NCBI GenBank assembly: GCA_963835065.1
Contig: CAWIEK010000009.1
Location: 96,001-160,000, forward strand
Source of the DNA: an uncultured Chthonomonadaceae bacterium
GTDB lineage: Bacteria > Armatimonadota > Chthonomonadetes > Chthonomonadales > Chthonomonadaceae
Direction: 5' to 3'
DNA length: 64,000 nt
This document shows, one piece after another, positions 1 to 10,066 of the stretch. The notes below the pieces were generated by a model. That model was not told the DNA's origin. It was given only the letters and a program-made list of their open reading frames with translations, and ran no database searches. Each line of letters opens with the position of its first letter. Positions within the stretch are counted from its first letter, which is position 1. The position numbers and the translations under genes were made by a program.

Positions 1-508
1 TGTGGCGTAGATGGCGTATCCACTGGCAGGCATTTGCCCACCTCTGCACATCGAACTTGTCCGCTTCCCAATGATAATGCCGCTTGCCGTCCAGGGTTGA
101 CAACACGGGATTAGGATAGCCGTCAGCGCTATAAGTCACTGTCCACAGCAGCCATTTGCCGCTGGGCGCAGGTTCGCACTCCATCGGTTCAGCGCACAGG
201 CTGTTGAGCATTCGCGTCAGCCCCACTTCAGGAGTTCGCTGTCCGGTGCGGGTGTCCAGTCGCTGCACTTTCCCTGTCCACTGGCTCGGCCACCGATAAC
301 CTTGATAGGGGTCGCCGGTGACAAGCAGCAGGGTATGTTCGTCCAGCCAGTACCCCTGCGTATCCGGCGCTTCGCGGTGATAATCCAGTACCCATGTGGC
401 GCGGGAACGTAATAGCCGCTCAGGACGGTACAAACGCCAGCCAGCGGCCAACGTCGTTCCCAAAAGCAGCAGAGCTATCATGCCAATCTTTACACGCCTT
501 CCCGCCAT
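1..508 (-). CDS. Hypothetical protein with N-terminal membrane anchor (runs off the window edge)
   Basis: ATG at 508 after GGAGG; MAGRRVKIGMIALLLLGTTLAAGWRLYRPERLL..., open to position 1. Confidence 0.6.
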   Translation of the reverse strand, partial: MAGRRVKIGMIALLLLGTTLAAGWRLYRPERLLRSRATWVLDYHREAPDTQGYWLDEHTLLLVTGDPYQGYRWPSQWTGKVQRLDTRTGQRTPEVGLTRMLNSLCAEPMECEPAPSGKWLLWTVTYSADGYPNPVLSTLDGKRHYHWEADKFDVQRWANACQWIRHLRH

Positions 509-668
509 CCGAAATCCTCCCGCCTCCCCGAAGCGCGTACCCTTAAACCCGGCTCTTCCCCTGTGTTTCGTGTTCCTGCTTCACTTTGGGAACACGACTT
601 TGCTGCGTTCGGAGGGAGAGGGGAGCGAGTGCCCAAGCCTTGCGCATTGCTATGAACAGGTACGGTGC

Positions 669-866
669 TTCGACTCTCATCCGGCCTTCGGCCACCTTCT
701 CCCTTTCAGGGAGAAGGCGAATGTGTTCAATGGGCAGTTGAACAGGAGAGGGCAAATCTGTCAGAAAGCCTTGCGTTTTCCATAAACGCCGTATCAACGC
801 ACCCAATGAACAGTTTAGCCTTCGCCCTGAAAGGGAGAGGTGGCCGAAGGCCGGATGAGGGTCGAA
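669..866. repeat. REP/REPIN-like inverted pair (CTCATCCGGCCTTCGGCCACCTTCTCCC...GGGAGAAGG family)
   Basis: Two ~50-nt palindromic units in inverted orientation; near-identical pair at 20680-20878. Confidence 0.85.
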
Positions 867-935
867 ACTATCATACCGCGCCTGTTCGCAGCAATACCAC
901 AATGTTTAGGTGTTCGCACAGGGCGGCTTTCTCTA

Positions 936-1647
936 TCAGTTTTTGTAACCATATTCCCTGAGCAGAGCCAGCATCTCAGGGTGATTCTCATAACGTCTCG
1001 CGGCCTCTAGAGCCGGCACGTCTTCGCCGTCGTTTTGACACTTCGCGCCTCGACTGAGCAGCAATTGAGCCATATCCAGATTGTTGCCTTTGATGGCGCA
1101 GAGCAGGAGAGACATTCCATTGCGCGTTTCCGCGTTCACTTTCAGCGCCCGCATCCAACAAAAGTTTCACGCAATGGAGGTTGTTTTCACCATAGTTCCC
1201 CTGATACACGCCCGCAAAAACAACGACGGGAACTTCAAACTCATCCTTAGCATTGACATCGGCTCCATGCGCAATCAACGCGTGCACGATTTCGGCGGGT
1301 TCTTTGCGCTTGGGCAGGGGATGAGCATCCTGATCGCCAGCAAATATTATCTGTAAAGTAGTCAGGCCGCTTGTCTCAACCGCTGACTGCTTGCCCCGAA
1401 GTCTATCCCACAGCATCTGTCGAAAGGAGCGCGGATCGGGAACCGCCACACGGGTTTTCGCATCCGCTCCTTGCTCCAGCAGCGCGATAGCCTCCTGAGC
1501 CTTATTACGTTGAAGCGCCATGATTAAAGCGCGATTAAGATGCTCCTGTCGCCATTCTCGCCACGTTAGCACAACAGGCACAGCCATCAGCAAGAGCAGC
1601 AGGGCGGAAGCAAGAAGGGCAGAACGTTGGAAGCGACGTTTGTTCAT
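936..1647 (-). CDS. Ankyrin-repeat protein with N-terminal TM helix; frameshift near 1150
   Basis: IVHALIAHGADVNAKD and VKLLLDAGA in one frame continue as KVNAETRNGMSLLLCAIKGNNLDMAQLLLSRGAK in ORF 936-1154. Confidence 0.8.
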
Positions 1648-1918
1648 AAGTTCCTTTGCGCCTTTCCGCAGCAACGTCACACTATTTGCATGCTTCTGCT
1701 GCATCAAAATTGATTCCTGCTGCAAGCGCATACCCTCAATTCCGGCGCTTCTGTCTGACCGTTCCTGCGTTACTCAAGAAGAGCGGAAATGCGCTGGCCT
1801 TGTGCGGTGCTGTAAACAGGCGTGTTTCGTCCTTCGCGCCCTCTTGACCATACCGCGTTCTTCATAAACACTTACCGTCAGAAAAAAGACAGAAAAATCG
1901 AAAAACCGCAAGAAAAAC

Positions 1919-1947
1919 GAAACCATTTCCCTACTCACGACGTCATA
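1919..1947 (+). promoter_or_regulatory. ECF-sigma-like promoter (AACC-N16-CGTC) with upstream A-tracts
   Basis: gaAACCatttccctactcacgaCGTCata; same motif and spacing in front of the second copy at 51519-51546. Confidence 0.6.
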
Positions 1948-2038
1948 AAACTGTATAACTGTCTACTTAAAAGCCAGGTGGCGGGCCGTTGACAGTTCAG
2001 AGTTCTTATCAACTCTCCACTCTCAACAATCTAACCTG

Positions 2039-2190
2039 GAAGGGAGGTGCTGGAAGATGCCTGTACATTCCTCCCGTTCGCCCTGACGCTTACGAGGTCA
2101 CGACGCCTCTCTCCTACAACCTGACACAACGAGACATCGGGCTGGAAGCGCTGTATTGCCAAGATTTCGACGCTGCCTCTACATACTCTT
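2039..2190 (+). ncRNA. Candidate structured RNA / leader-peptide element, copy A (sORF MPVHSSRSP* at 2057-2086)
   Basis: 2072-2190 matches the reverse complement of 51284-51402 at 114/119 nt; GAAGGGAGGTG SD precedes the ATG in both copies. Confidence 0.55.
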
Positions 2191-2211
2191 TTTCTAGATG
2201 AGGGTAGAACG

Positions 2212-3408
2212 CTATTTGCCTTCCTTTGCCTGCTTGCGGTAGTCGCGCATGGAGATCAGCTGCAGGTACGCGCCCACCACCATAATCAGGAAGGCCAGCA
2301 CGAAGGTGTTTTGCGCGCCCTCCCGCCGCAGCAGGGGAATGGCGAATTGGGGCGCAATCGTACCCCGAATGCCGAAGAAACTGGAATGGAGCGCCTGATA
2401 CTGCGCCGCCTTGCCCGGTTCCGCGAACATCAGCGTGGTATTCAGGTAGCCTAAATCAATGCCGGACATACACAGCCCGCTGGCAATCGCCGCCAGGTAC
2501 AGCGCCGACATCCCCCACGCCCCCGCATACAACAATGGTATCGCCAGATTGATGCAGATCGCCGCCAGCACCGTTGCCAATGACCCCTTGCGATCCAGAA
2601 ACGTGCCCCAAAACACATAGCCCACAATCGTCATAATGGACATGATGTTTTGCAGATTGGCGACCTGCGTATTGGAAACGTGAAACTTGTCCACCTGCTG
2701 AATCGGGATCAAGGTCGCGGAGATTAAATTTCCAAAGCCGGAAATAAACACCGAGGCCGTAAACCAGCGAAAGCCGGGATTGCGCTTCAGAATGTGAATG
2801 GTGTCGCGCGCAAACGCGCCCGCTGTCGCCGGATTTTCCTCCGGCAGCACGGCTTGCAGGCGAATCCGGCTGAACGTCCACGCGCTCAAAACGCCGAACG
2901 CGCCGCCGATGAAAAAGCCCGCCCGCCAGTTGATAACGTGGTCCAGCAGCCGCCCCATCACCAGCGCCGATACCAGTGTCGCCAGGCTCATGCCCATGCG
3001 AACGATGCTCATCAAGCGGCCCCGGTGCGCGTCGGGGTAAATCTCCTTCATAATAGCGGTGTACGCGGGCGTGGAAATGGAAAAAATGAGCGGCGTGATA
3101 CAAACGAGGGCGACATACTGCGCCTGCGTGTGCAGCAAGGGAGCGAACAAAAACAGACCGCGCGCCAGCAGCCATGTCCACGTCACAAACGGCATTTTGG
3201 AGCGGCCTTCCATCTGCCGCGCCCATAGGGTAGCGAAGATGTAGCCCAGCGCGGGAGCCGCCGTAATCCAGCCCATCTGCCCTCGCGTGGCGTGTATCTC
3301 GGCGCGCGCGATGCGCAGCACGAAGGTCCAGATGCAGCCCTGATAAATGCCCGCGCACAATCCCGTCACCATGTCCCATTGCCAGGCCGTTCGGGTCTGT
3401 GGGGACAT
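2212..3408 (-). CDS. MFS transporter
   Basis: About 12 hydrophobic segments; MFS-like loops IYPDAHRGR and WGTFLDRKG. Confidence 0.88.
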   Translation of the reverse strand: MSPQTRTAWQWDMVTGLCAGIYQGCIWTFVLRIARAEIHATRGQMGWITAAPALGYIFATLWARQMEGRSKMPFVTWTWLLARGLFLFAPLLHTQAQYVALVCITPLIFSISTPAYTAIMKEIYPDAHRGRLMSIVRMGMSLATLVSALVMGRLLDHVINWRAGFFIGGAFGVLSAWTFSRIRLQAVLPEENPATAGAFARDTIHILKRNPGFRWFTASVFISGFGNLISATLIPIQQVDKFHVSNTQVANLQNIMSIMTIVGYVFWGTFLDRKGSLATVLAAICINLAIPLLYAGAWGMSALYLAAIASGLCMSGIDLGYLNTTLMFAEPGKAAQYQALHSSFFGIRGTIAPQFAIPLLRREGAQNTFVLAFLIMVVGAYLQLISMRDYRKQAKEGK

Positions 3409-3449
3409 TCTCAGTAAAAAGGCGCGCAAACGGGCGGCAAAATCGGAAA

Positions 3450-6400
3450 TCAAGATGTTAGGTCTCCAGAATTGCGTTTTCTGGCCCACGCGACGCCCTG
3501 CGCGATAGCGGCGCGCATGGCGTCATCAAAGCCGTACCAGTCGCAAACAATTTTATCCGCTTCGCGTTGGAGGCCGCAAAACAGCGCCCACCGCTGCTGC
3601 GCTTCTTGTCCAAGCGCAGCATAGGCGGCAAGCCATCTTGAAGCGGCAATCGGTTCCGGCATCTGCCGCCCTTGCGCCTGCGCCCACGTTTGATCGCTCC
3701 GACTCCACTCGTCCAGAAACAGGCCCAGAACGCGGGCAAAATCAGCCGCGTAGGGCTGTTCTTCTCCCACGCCGGAAACGATTCGCTGCCGCGCATGAAG
3801 CGCAGAAACGCGCTGATTGGACGCGCCCTGATTTATCACTTCCCCTCGCGCTATCATATCGCCAAGCGTCAGTTTGGGCAGTGGCGTCGTGTTCAGGACG
3901 GCGGACGGCGGCAAAGTCACCGTTCCGGTTTCTGTTCCGGGCAGGATGGCATGAAGCCGCGTCACAAAATCGGCTTCAAGTTCGGCGCGAATATGCAACA
4001 TCCGGTCGGCCAAATCCGCCAGTTCGGCAACGGGAAACGTCGCCGGGTCAGGCACAGGAACGCGGTACAATTCTTCCTTTCCGATGTGGTTGTTGGTAGA
4101 AAAAAGATTTATCATGTAGGCGACAGGTTTGCTGACAATGAAAGCAAGAAGCGCCCTGCCGGTTTGAACCTCTGCTGTAGGCGCAAGCGAGATGCGCCAC
4201 AACTCATTCGTAAATGCAATCGGGTGAGTTGCGTCCCGTTCAAACCAGGTTGCAATCAAGGTGTCTCGCGTATTCAAACGGGCGACTTGACGCAAAACAA
4301 TGCCGAATTCACGGGCTGGTAGTTGTTGAACGGCTTCCAGATTCCTCGAGGCGGTAATGTTGGCAGTCGTAAATCCGGTGTTTGAACCAGGTGGAAGCGG
4401 CCTGGCCCAATCGGAAGGAATAGCGGGCAATGGCGCAAACAAATTCGCATTTTCGCCTTTGTAGATTGCCACATCTCCTTGCGCATAACTCCCATTCCTA
4501 CCTTTTACCCGTAATGGATTAAGATGCGTCGCATTCACGTCGCCCTGTTTGAAATCCGAAAACGTTTGAGCAAGCAGGGTTCCGAGCGTGAACGTCAATT
4601 CGTTGCTGACCATTCTTGCCTGCTGCCAGATTGCCGCATCGGTCGGGTTGTTGGAAACCAGCCACGCGCCGTTCCACGTTCCATTTTGCGGCACGGCGTC
4701 TACTACGGACGGGGCTGTAAGTAGGACATGGCCGGCCTGCGCGTCCGGGGTGTCATTGCCGCCGCCGACAACAATGGTCTGCGCGTCAATAGAATGTTCG
4801 ACGGCCACGATGCCGACAGCCTGATCCACGCCGGGAAACAGCATATCGCCGCGAAAAAAGCGGACGGCGGCGAAGGGCGCGAACGGCGGCGTTCGCAGCA
4901 GGTTCCGCGCCGCTTTCGCGCTTGGATCGCCGAAGATCGTCAGAGGCACAATAAACGCCATGCGCCCGAACTCGGCTAGATAGTAAAGCCCCAACTTCAG
5001 AAACAGCAGGTACAGGTTCAGGTCACCCGATAGTGCCGCCGCATAAAACGGCGCGCTGCGATATCGCTCTGCTGCCAGCGCCTCGCGCTTGCTCGTGACG
5101 TAGGGCGGGTTCGAAATCACGTATTGAAAGCCCGCCACAAAGCCGTTTGTTCGCGCCTTGATCGGGTAGGCTTCATCAGCCAGTCGCTCATTCAGCGTGT
5201 CGGGAATCGTGGAGGACTGCCCGGAAACATGCGGGTCGTCCAGCACGTCGCGCGGCAATTCCAGGCTATCCGTATTGACAATATTGAAACGGTCAATCGG
5301 GTAGTTCTGCCCCGCCTGCTGTAAAACCGCCAGATCGTTCAGCGTCTGAATCAGCAGGTTCATTTCGGCAAGGTAGCAGGCGAAGGGCAGCAGTTCCATG
5401 CCGTGAAACAGGCGGATCAGGTCTTCCACAAATCGGCGAGCCAGTTCCACGCGCAGGTTCGGGACGCTCCGTAAGCGCATTTTCATCCTCCGGCAGATGT
5501 TCGCGGCGGCAGATCGAGGCCACAAGGGCGCGGCGATAGCGGCGGGCCGCATGGACAAGAAAACTGCCGCTGCCGCAGGCCGGGTCGAGGATGGAACGCC
5601 CGATGACCGCCGCGCCCTCATAGCCGAGCAGGTCAAGCATGTACTCCACAACGCGAGGCCGGGTGAGAAAATGGCCCTTACGCTTTTGCGCCACCCGGTC
5701 AATATAGTTTTCGTAGGTGAAGCCGATCACGTCACTGGCAATATCGGCAAATGAGTAGCGGCACAGAAACGCAAGCGTTTCGAGCAGCAGAAAGTCGTCG
5801 GGAACAAACCAGTTGAAAACCGGCTGCTGAAAGAAGTGCAGATAGTAGTTGCCCGCTTTGCGCGTGAGCAAATTGCAATAAATATCGCCCACAATGCTGA
5901 CGCTTTCCAGTTCCCAAAACTGGCGGCGCGCGTAATCCAGCCACACTTGAAAGCCGCCGTTGCTTGCCATGCGCGGCTGCATCACCTGCTTGTCTTCCAG
6001 AACGCGAACAAGCAGCATACGCACAAAGAAAACATAAGCCACCTGTTCGGCAAACACTTCCGGCTTGATGTCCTCGGCGTCCGTCTGTCGGTTGCTCCAC
6101 ACCTGGTAGGCATGAGCGACAAGCAGGCGGCCACTGCTTTCAAATCGCAGCGAGTACAGAACGCCGCTGATGCGCAAAACATTTTCTTTCCAGATGTTGA
6201 ACTGCGCGTTAAGCGCGGGGGTTAAACTCCTGCCCTGCGACTTGACAAGCACCGGTTCAATTTGCTCCAACTCCTGTTTTGTGCTTTCACCAGGTTTGAG
6301 CGCATTCAAAGCCGCTGCAATGCTTTCCGGCTGATACGTGAAATTACTTAACAATTTTTTGGAAGCGTCCTGCCATTCCGACAGCAGGCGCGTTTGCGTG

Positions 6401-7131
6401 ACGTTCGCCTCCTCTTCTCCGGCAAGCGCGGCGCGAATACGGGTTAATGCGGCCAGGCGCAGGTGATCCAGTGACTCGCGGCTGCCCGCGATAAACTGCG
6501 CAAGCGCCCGGTCGGTGGTAAGGTGAATCGCGTTCGCTTCAAACGTGGCCGAGTCAACGGCAATGCTTTCCGCGAGGCTTGCAAATTGAAAGAAGCGCGT
6601 TCGGCTGAACAACAGTTGAAACAGAGCCAAATTGGTGGTTTGCGTTTCCCGAACCTCATCCGTAACGGTTTGCGCTCCAAACAGGGCTTCCACGTTCACA
6701 TTGACCAGTGTTTCGGCGTCGGACATGTCGTTGGCGGCAAAGCGCATAGCGACAATGCGGCGCATGTTGCACCAAACCGCGTAACCCGCTGTGCCGATGC
6801 AGTAGCGGCGCATCTGCTGAATATGTTTCGGCTCTAAATCAAGCGTACTGTTTTTGTCCTCCCATACAAACGCTGTGCCGACCGGCCCTCGTACAATGTA
6901 GTCCGGGCGGTTTTCCCGATTGCCCGCCTGCGTCAGGTTGTAATTCAGCCGGGCATCCTCGAAACCCAGCCATTCCAGCGCGTAGCGGGCGAACTGCTGA
7001 TCTACGGCATTGGCTTCATCGTTGCTGCGCTCACTTTCCGGCAGCGCCAGGTAAGCGCGATAATCGCACTGTCGCCCACCCACATTCAGGCTGATACGAT
7101 CAATAACGGCAGATTGAAAAGCAGCAAGCAT
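3450..7131 (-). CDS. Type IIG-like fused restriction endonuclease / N6-adenine methyltransferase (~1225 aa); single frameshift near 5458
   Basis: N-terminal PD-(D/E)xK (RPDYIVRG...WEDK), GHFLTRP, motif I DPACGSGSFL (ORF 5293-7131); motif IV NPPY and TRD-like C-terminus (ORF 3450-5702). Confidence 0.85.
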
Positions 7132-7134
7132 AGC

Positions 7135-8109
7135 TTACTTTTTGTCCCCTATGCCTTTGAGCCACTCCCCCGCCCGCTCAGGCCAGTGCGAGATAGGATT
7201 TTCCGAGGGGCGCAAGCCGTAGCCATGCCCACCCTTGGCATAGATATGCAGTTCAACCGGCACTTTGGCGGCTTTTAACGCCTGCCCGTAGACAAGCGCG
7301 TTTTCGACGTGAACCGGGTCGTCTTCGGTCATGGCGATAAACGTCGGCGGCGTGTCGGTGGACGGCTTGATTTCGGGAGCCAGGCGCGTCAGGTCGTCAT
7401 TGGGAGTGAGGTACGCGGGATAAATCAGCAGGGCAAAGTCCGGGCGGCAGCTTTCCTGATCCGCCGCATCTACAGTCGGATAAGCGCGAGTTTCATGGTT
7501 GCTGCAAAGCATGGCCGCCAGATGCCCGCCTGCGGAAAAGCCCAGGATGCCGATACGCTTGCTGTCCAGTTCCCATTCTCTGGCATGATGGCGCGTCAAA
7601 CTCAGCGCGCGCTGCGCATCCTGAAAGGCAGCCGCGTGTCGTTCCAGGCTGGGACGGGCGGGAACGCGGTATTTCAGCAGAACCGCCGTATAGCCCAATG
7701 AGTTCAGCCACGCGCAGACTTCCGTGCCTTCCAGATTCAGCGCCAGAATCGAGTACCCGCCGCCCGGACATACGACAACCGCCCCGCCGTTCGCCTTGTT
7801 TTTGGCGGGGCGGTACACGGTAATCGTCGGGCGCGTCACATTGCCTGTGCGAATCACGTAATTTTCCTGCGAACCGTCCTGCCCCGGCTTGGTGGTGTCG
7901 AGTTCCGCGCCGATGGTGTCCAGTTTGCCCGCGTCACCCGGAGCCACGCCCGGCCACAGCGCAATCGTATCTGAAGCCGTTAGTTTCACGCTCCGATAAT
8001 CCGGGGGCGCGGCGCTTGTGGGCGCGGCAATCATCGCCGCCAGCACACACAGCACCAGTCCGCCGCCCATCTTCCACAACAATGTGGCGTTCAGAACCGT
8101 CAAATACAT
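7135..8109 (-). CDS. Secreted alpha/beta hydrolase (acetyl esterase-like)
   Basis: Signal peptide, CPGGGY, GFSAGG nucleophile elbow, GGHGYG. Confidence 0.9.
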   Translation of the reverse strand: MYLTVLNATLLWKMGGGLVLCVLAAMIAAPTSAAPPDYRSVKLTASDTIALWPGVAPGDAGKLDTIGAELDTTKPGQDGSQENYVIRTGNVTRPTITVYRPAKNKANGGAVVVCPGGGYSILALNLEGTEVCAWLNSLGYTAVLLKYRVPARPSLERHAAAFQDAQRALSLTRHHAREWELDSKRIGILGFSAGGHLAAMLCSNHETRAYPTVDAADQESCRPDFALLIYPAYLTPNDDLTRLAPEIKPSTDTPPTFIAMTEDDPVHVENALVYGQALKAAKVPVELHIYAKGGHGYGLRPSENPISHWPERAGEWLKGIGDKK

Positions 8110-8176
8110 CTTTGTCTCCTTATGTTAGCTATAATGTTTTCAATGTTGGCGTGAAATGTCTCGCCTGTAAAACCGG

Positions 8177-8731
8177 CTATTTCCGCTCCTCAATCAATTT
8201 GGTGAGCAGTTGGATTTGTTCCTGCTGCATCGCCACCAATTCCCCCCATTGTTGTTCGCGCAGCGCGTCAATCTTCTGATGCAGCGCCAATATCTCTAAT
8301 TCGGACTTCAAGTTGACTTGATAATCGTGTTCGGCGGCAAGCCGGTCTTTTGCCGCATAGCGGTTTTGAGACATCATAATGACAGGGGCTTGCAGCGCGG
8401 CCAGCATGGACAAAATAAGATTGAGGAAAATGTAGGGATAGGCATCAAAAGGTTTGCCGATCCGCGTCAAAATCACCGTATTCAGCACGACCCAGGAAAG
8501 CAGCAACGCCAGGAAAATAATGATAAACGTCCAGGAACCTCCAAAGATTGCAATGCGGTCCGCAAGGCGCTGTCCGAACGTCAGGGTTTCCTCGAATTCC
8601 TGATTGGTGTTGCGGCTGATGTGGCCTCGTTTAGTCAGACGCTCAATAACCCGCTGCTCGCTTTCGCCTGCCTCGCCGCAGGTTTGCAGAAACGTTGCCG
8701 TCAGTTCTTCTATGGAGTTGTTCTTTAGCAT
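8177..8731 (-). CDS. DUF1003 family membrane protein
   Basis: TFGQRLADRIAIFGGSWTFI...FDAYPYIFLNLILSMLAALQAPVIMMSQNR. Confidence 0.92.
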   Translation of the reverse strand: MLKNNSIEELTATFLQTCGEAGESEQRVIERLTKRGHISRNTNQEFEETLTFGQRLADRIAIFGGSWTFIIIFLALLLSWVVLNTVILTRIGKPFDAYPYIFLNLILSMLAALQAPVIMMSQNRYAAKDRLAAEHDYQVNLKSELEILALHQKIDALREQQWGELVAMQQEQIQLLTKLIEERK

Positions 8732-8795
8732 GGCTTATTTCTTTGCTTATTTTTACAACGCGCCAAACACGCCCATTGCCGCCCAACGTCCTGCC

Positions 8796-9686
8796 TCAAA
8801 TATCTCGCTTCTGGAACAAAGCCGCGCCGATGAAAAACACTGCCACTATGTAGACAGCCACGTAAACGGCATCAAGGTGGGCGAAATGCAAATGCCTTTC
8901 CCCCCAACTGTTTAAGAACTCCGGGGATTGCCATTGTCCAAACCCGCGTCCGCTAAAAGAAGGCCGAATCAGCGGTTCAACCTTATTCTCAACCCACCAG
9001 CCTACATAGCCTTGCGGCACAACCAAGCCGGCAATATCCGCGATCCAGCGCAGAATGTCAACGTCGTATTGATTCCCCAGGGCATTGAAAACGCCGTCGA
9101 ACCAGGCCAAAGCCCCCAGTGTGACGGCGAGGACAGTCCCAAACAGGCGCGGCGCAACCGTTGAAATCGTCAGTGTGACGGTTGAAAGCAGGATGGGAAA
9201 CAGGGCGAGCAGCGGGCCGGCGCGTAAAATGCTACTGACATTTACATCACATTGCTGGTTGAACGACGCCCACACCATGAACGTCCATACAAGTGTGCTG
9301 CAAACCAGAATAAAATTGATACCGATCCATTTGCCGAGCAGAATCTGCCAGCGCGGCACAGGCTTGGGCAGGATTACAGACATCAATCCGCTTTCGATTT
9401 CACCAGAAATCGCGCCTCCCGCCAGCAGGGCTGAAAACAGCGCTCCCAGCGATTTAATCGAGGAAAGGCAGAGCGACATGACAATCGCCCTCCCCGTGAT
9501 CTGGTTCAGTAAGTAGCGCGGAGGATAAATGCGTCCCGTTGCCAGCATGTGGTTATTGTGGTTCTGCATTGGCACAAGCATCAGCGACAATCCCAAAACC
9601 AGCAAGCCCATCAGCAGCGCTCCGAACAGCGTTCGCCGTCGTACCGCTTCTTTCAGCGTCATCCCCGCAATTATAAAAACGGCCAT
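8796..9686 (-). CDS. ABC-2 type transporter permease
   Basis: TLKEAVRRR, ISGEIESG...ILPKPVPRWQILLGKWIG, terminal FQKRDI. Confidence 0.88.
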   Translation of the reverse strand: MAVFIIAGMTLKEAVRRRTLFGALLMGLLVLGLSLMLVPMQNHNNHMLATGRIYPPRYLLNQITGRAIVMSLCLSSIKSLGALFSALLAGGAISGEIESGLMSVILPKPVPRWQILLGKWIGINFILVCSTLVWTFMVWASFNQQCDVNVSSILRAGPLLALFPILLSTVTLTISTVAPRLFGTVLAVTLGALAWFDGVFNALGNQYDVDILRWIADIAGLVVPQGYVGWWVENKVEPLIRPSFSGRGFGQWQSPEFLNSWGERHLHFAHLDAVYVAVYIVAVFFIGAALFQKRDI

Positions 9687-9946
9687 GTTGAGCCGCGCCC
9701 TTTCTAAAACATTGAAAATAATTTTCAAAGCCTTCTATTCCATTGTACCTAGTTCTGCTTCCTGTCCTGACATTTGCGCTGAAAATGTCAGGACTGCTGA
9801 ACCGAATCTTTCCCTTGTGGAACAAACAAGGTATAACCGAGTACCAGCCAAAAAATCAGCAGGAATCTTCCTGCTTCAAACGGAATCTATGAAAATAACT
9901 CTGTCACCAACATTCATTCGCGCCCGTATATCGTAACAAGGTGAGA

Positions 9947-10037
9947 GGCATCAGGCATTAGGCATCAGGCATTAGATACAAGATAAGAGTTAAAACTTAG
10001 ATGCTCAAGTTCCTAATGCCTGATGCCTGATGCCTAA
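9947..10037. repeat. Heptamer inverted-repeat hairpin (TAGGCAT/CAGGCAT ... ATGCCTA/ATGCCTG)
   Basis: Tandem 7-mers in opposite orientations; same unit at 30594-30663. Confidence 0.8.
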
Positions 10038-10066
10038 CGCCTACAAAAACACGAAAGAGTAAGTCC

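Noticed and set aside
2057..2197. Selenocysteine/UGA read-through of the micro-ORF into a 46-aa peptide
   Set aside because: Copy B has another in-frame TGA, there is no redox-motif context, and no SECIS-like hairpin could be supported.
1989..2201. ORF-track proteins 1989-2201 and 51213-51482 (PVRPDAxEVTTPLSY...) as real paralogous proteins
   Set aside because: All five core differences are non-synonymous in that frame, the starts lie in repeat sequence, and the SD points to a different frame.
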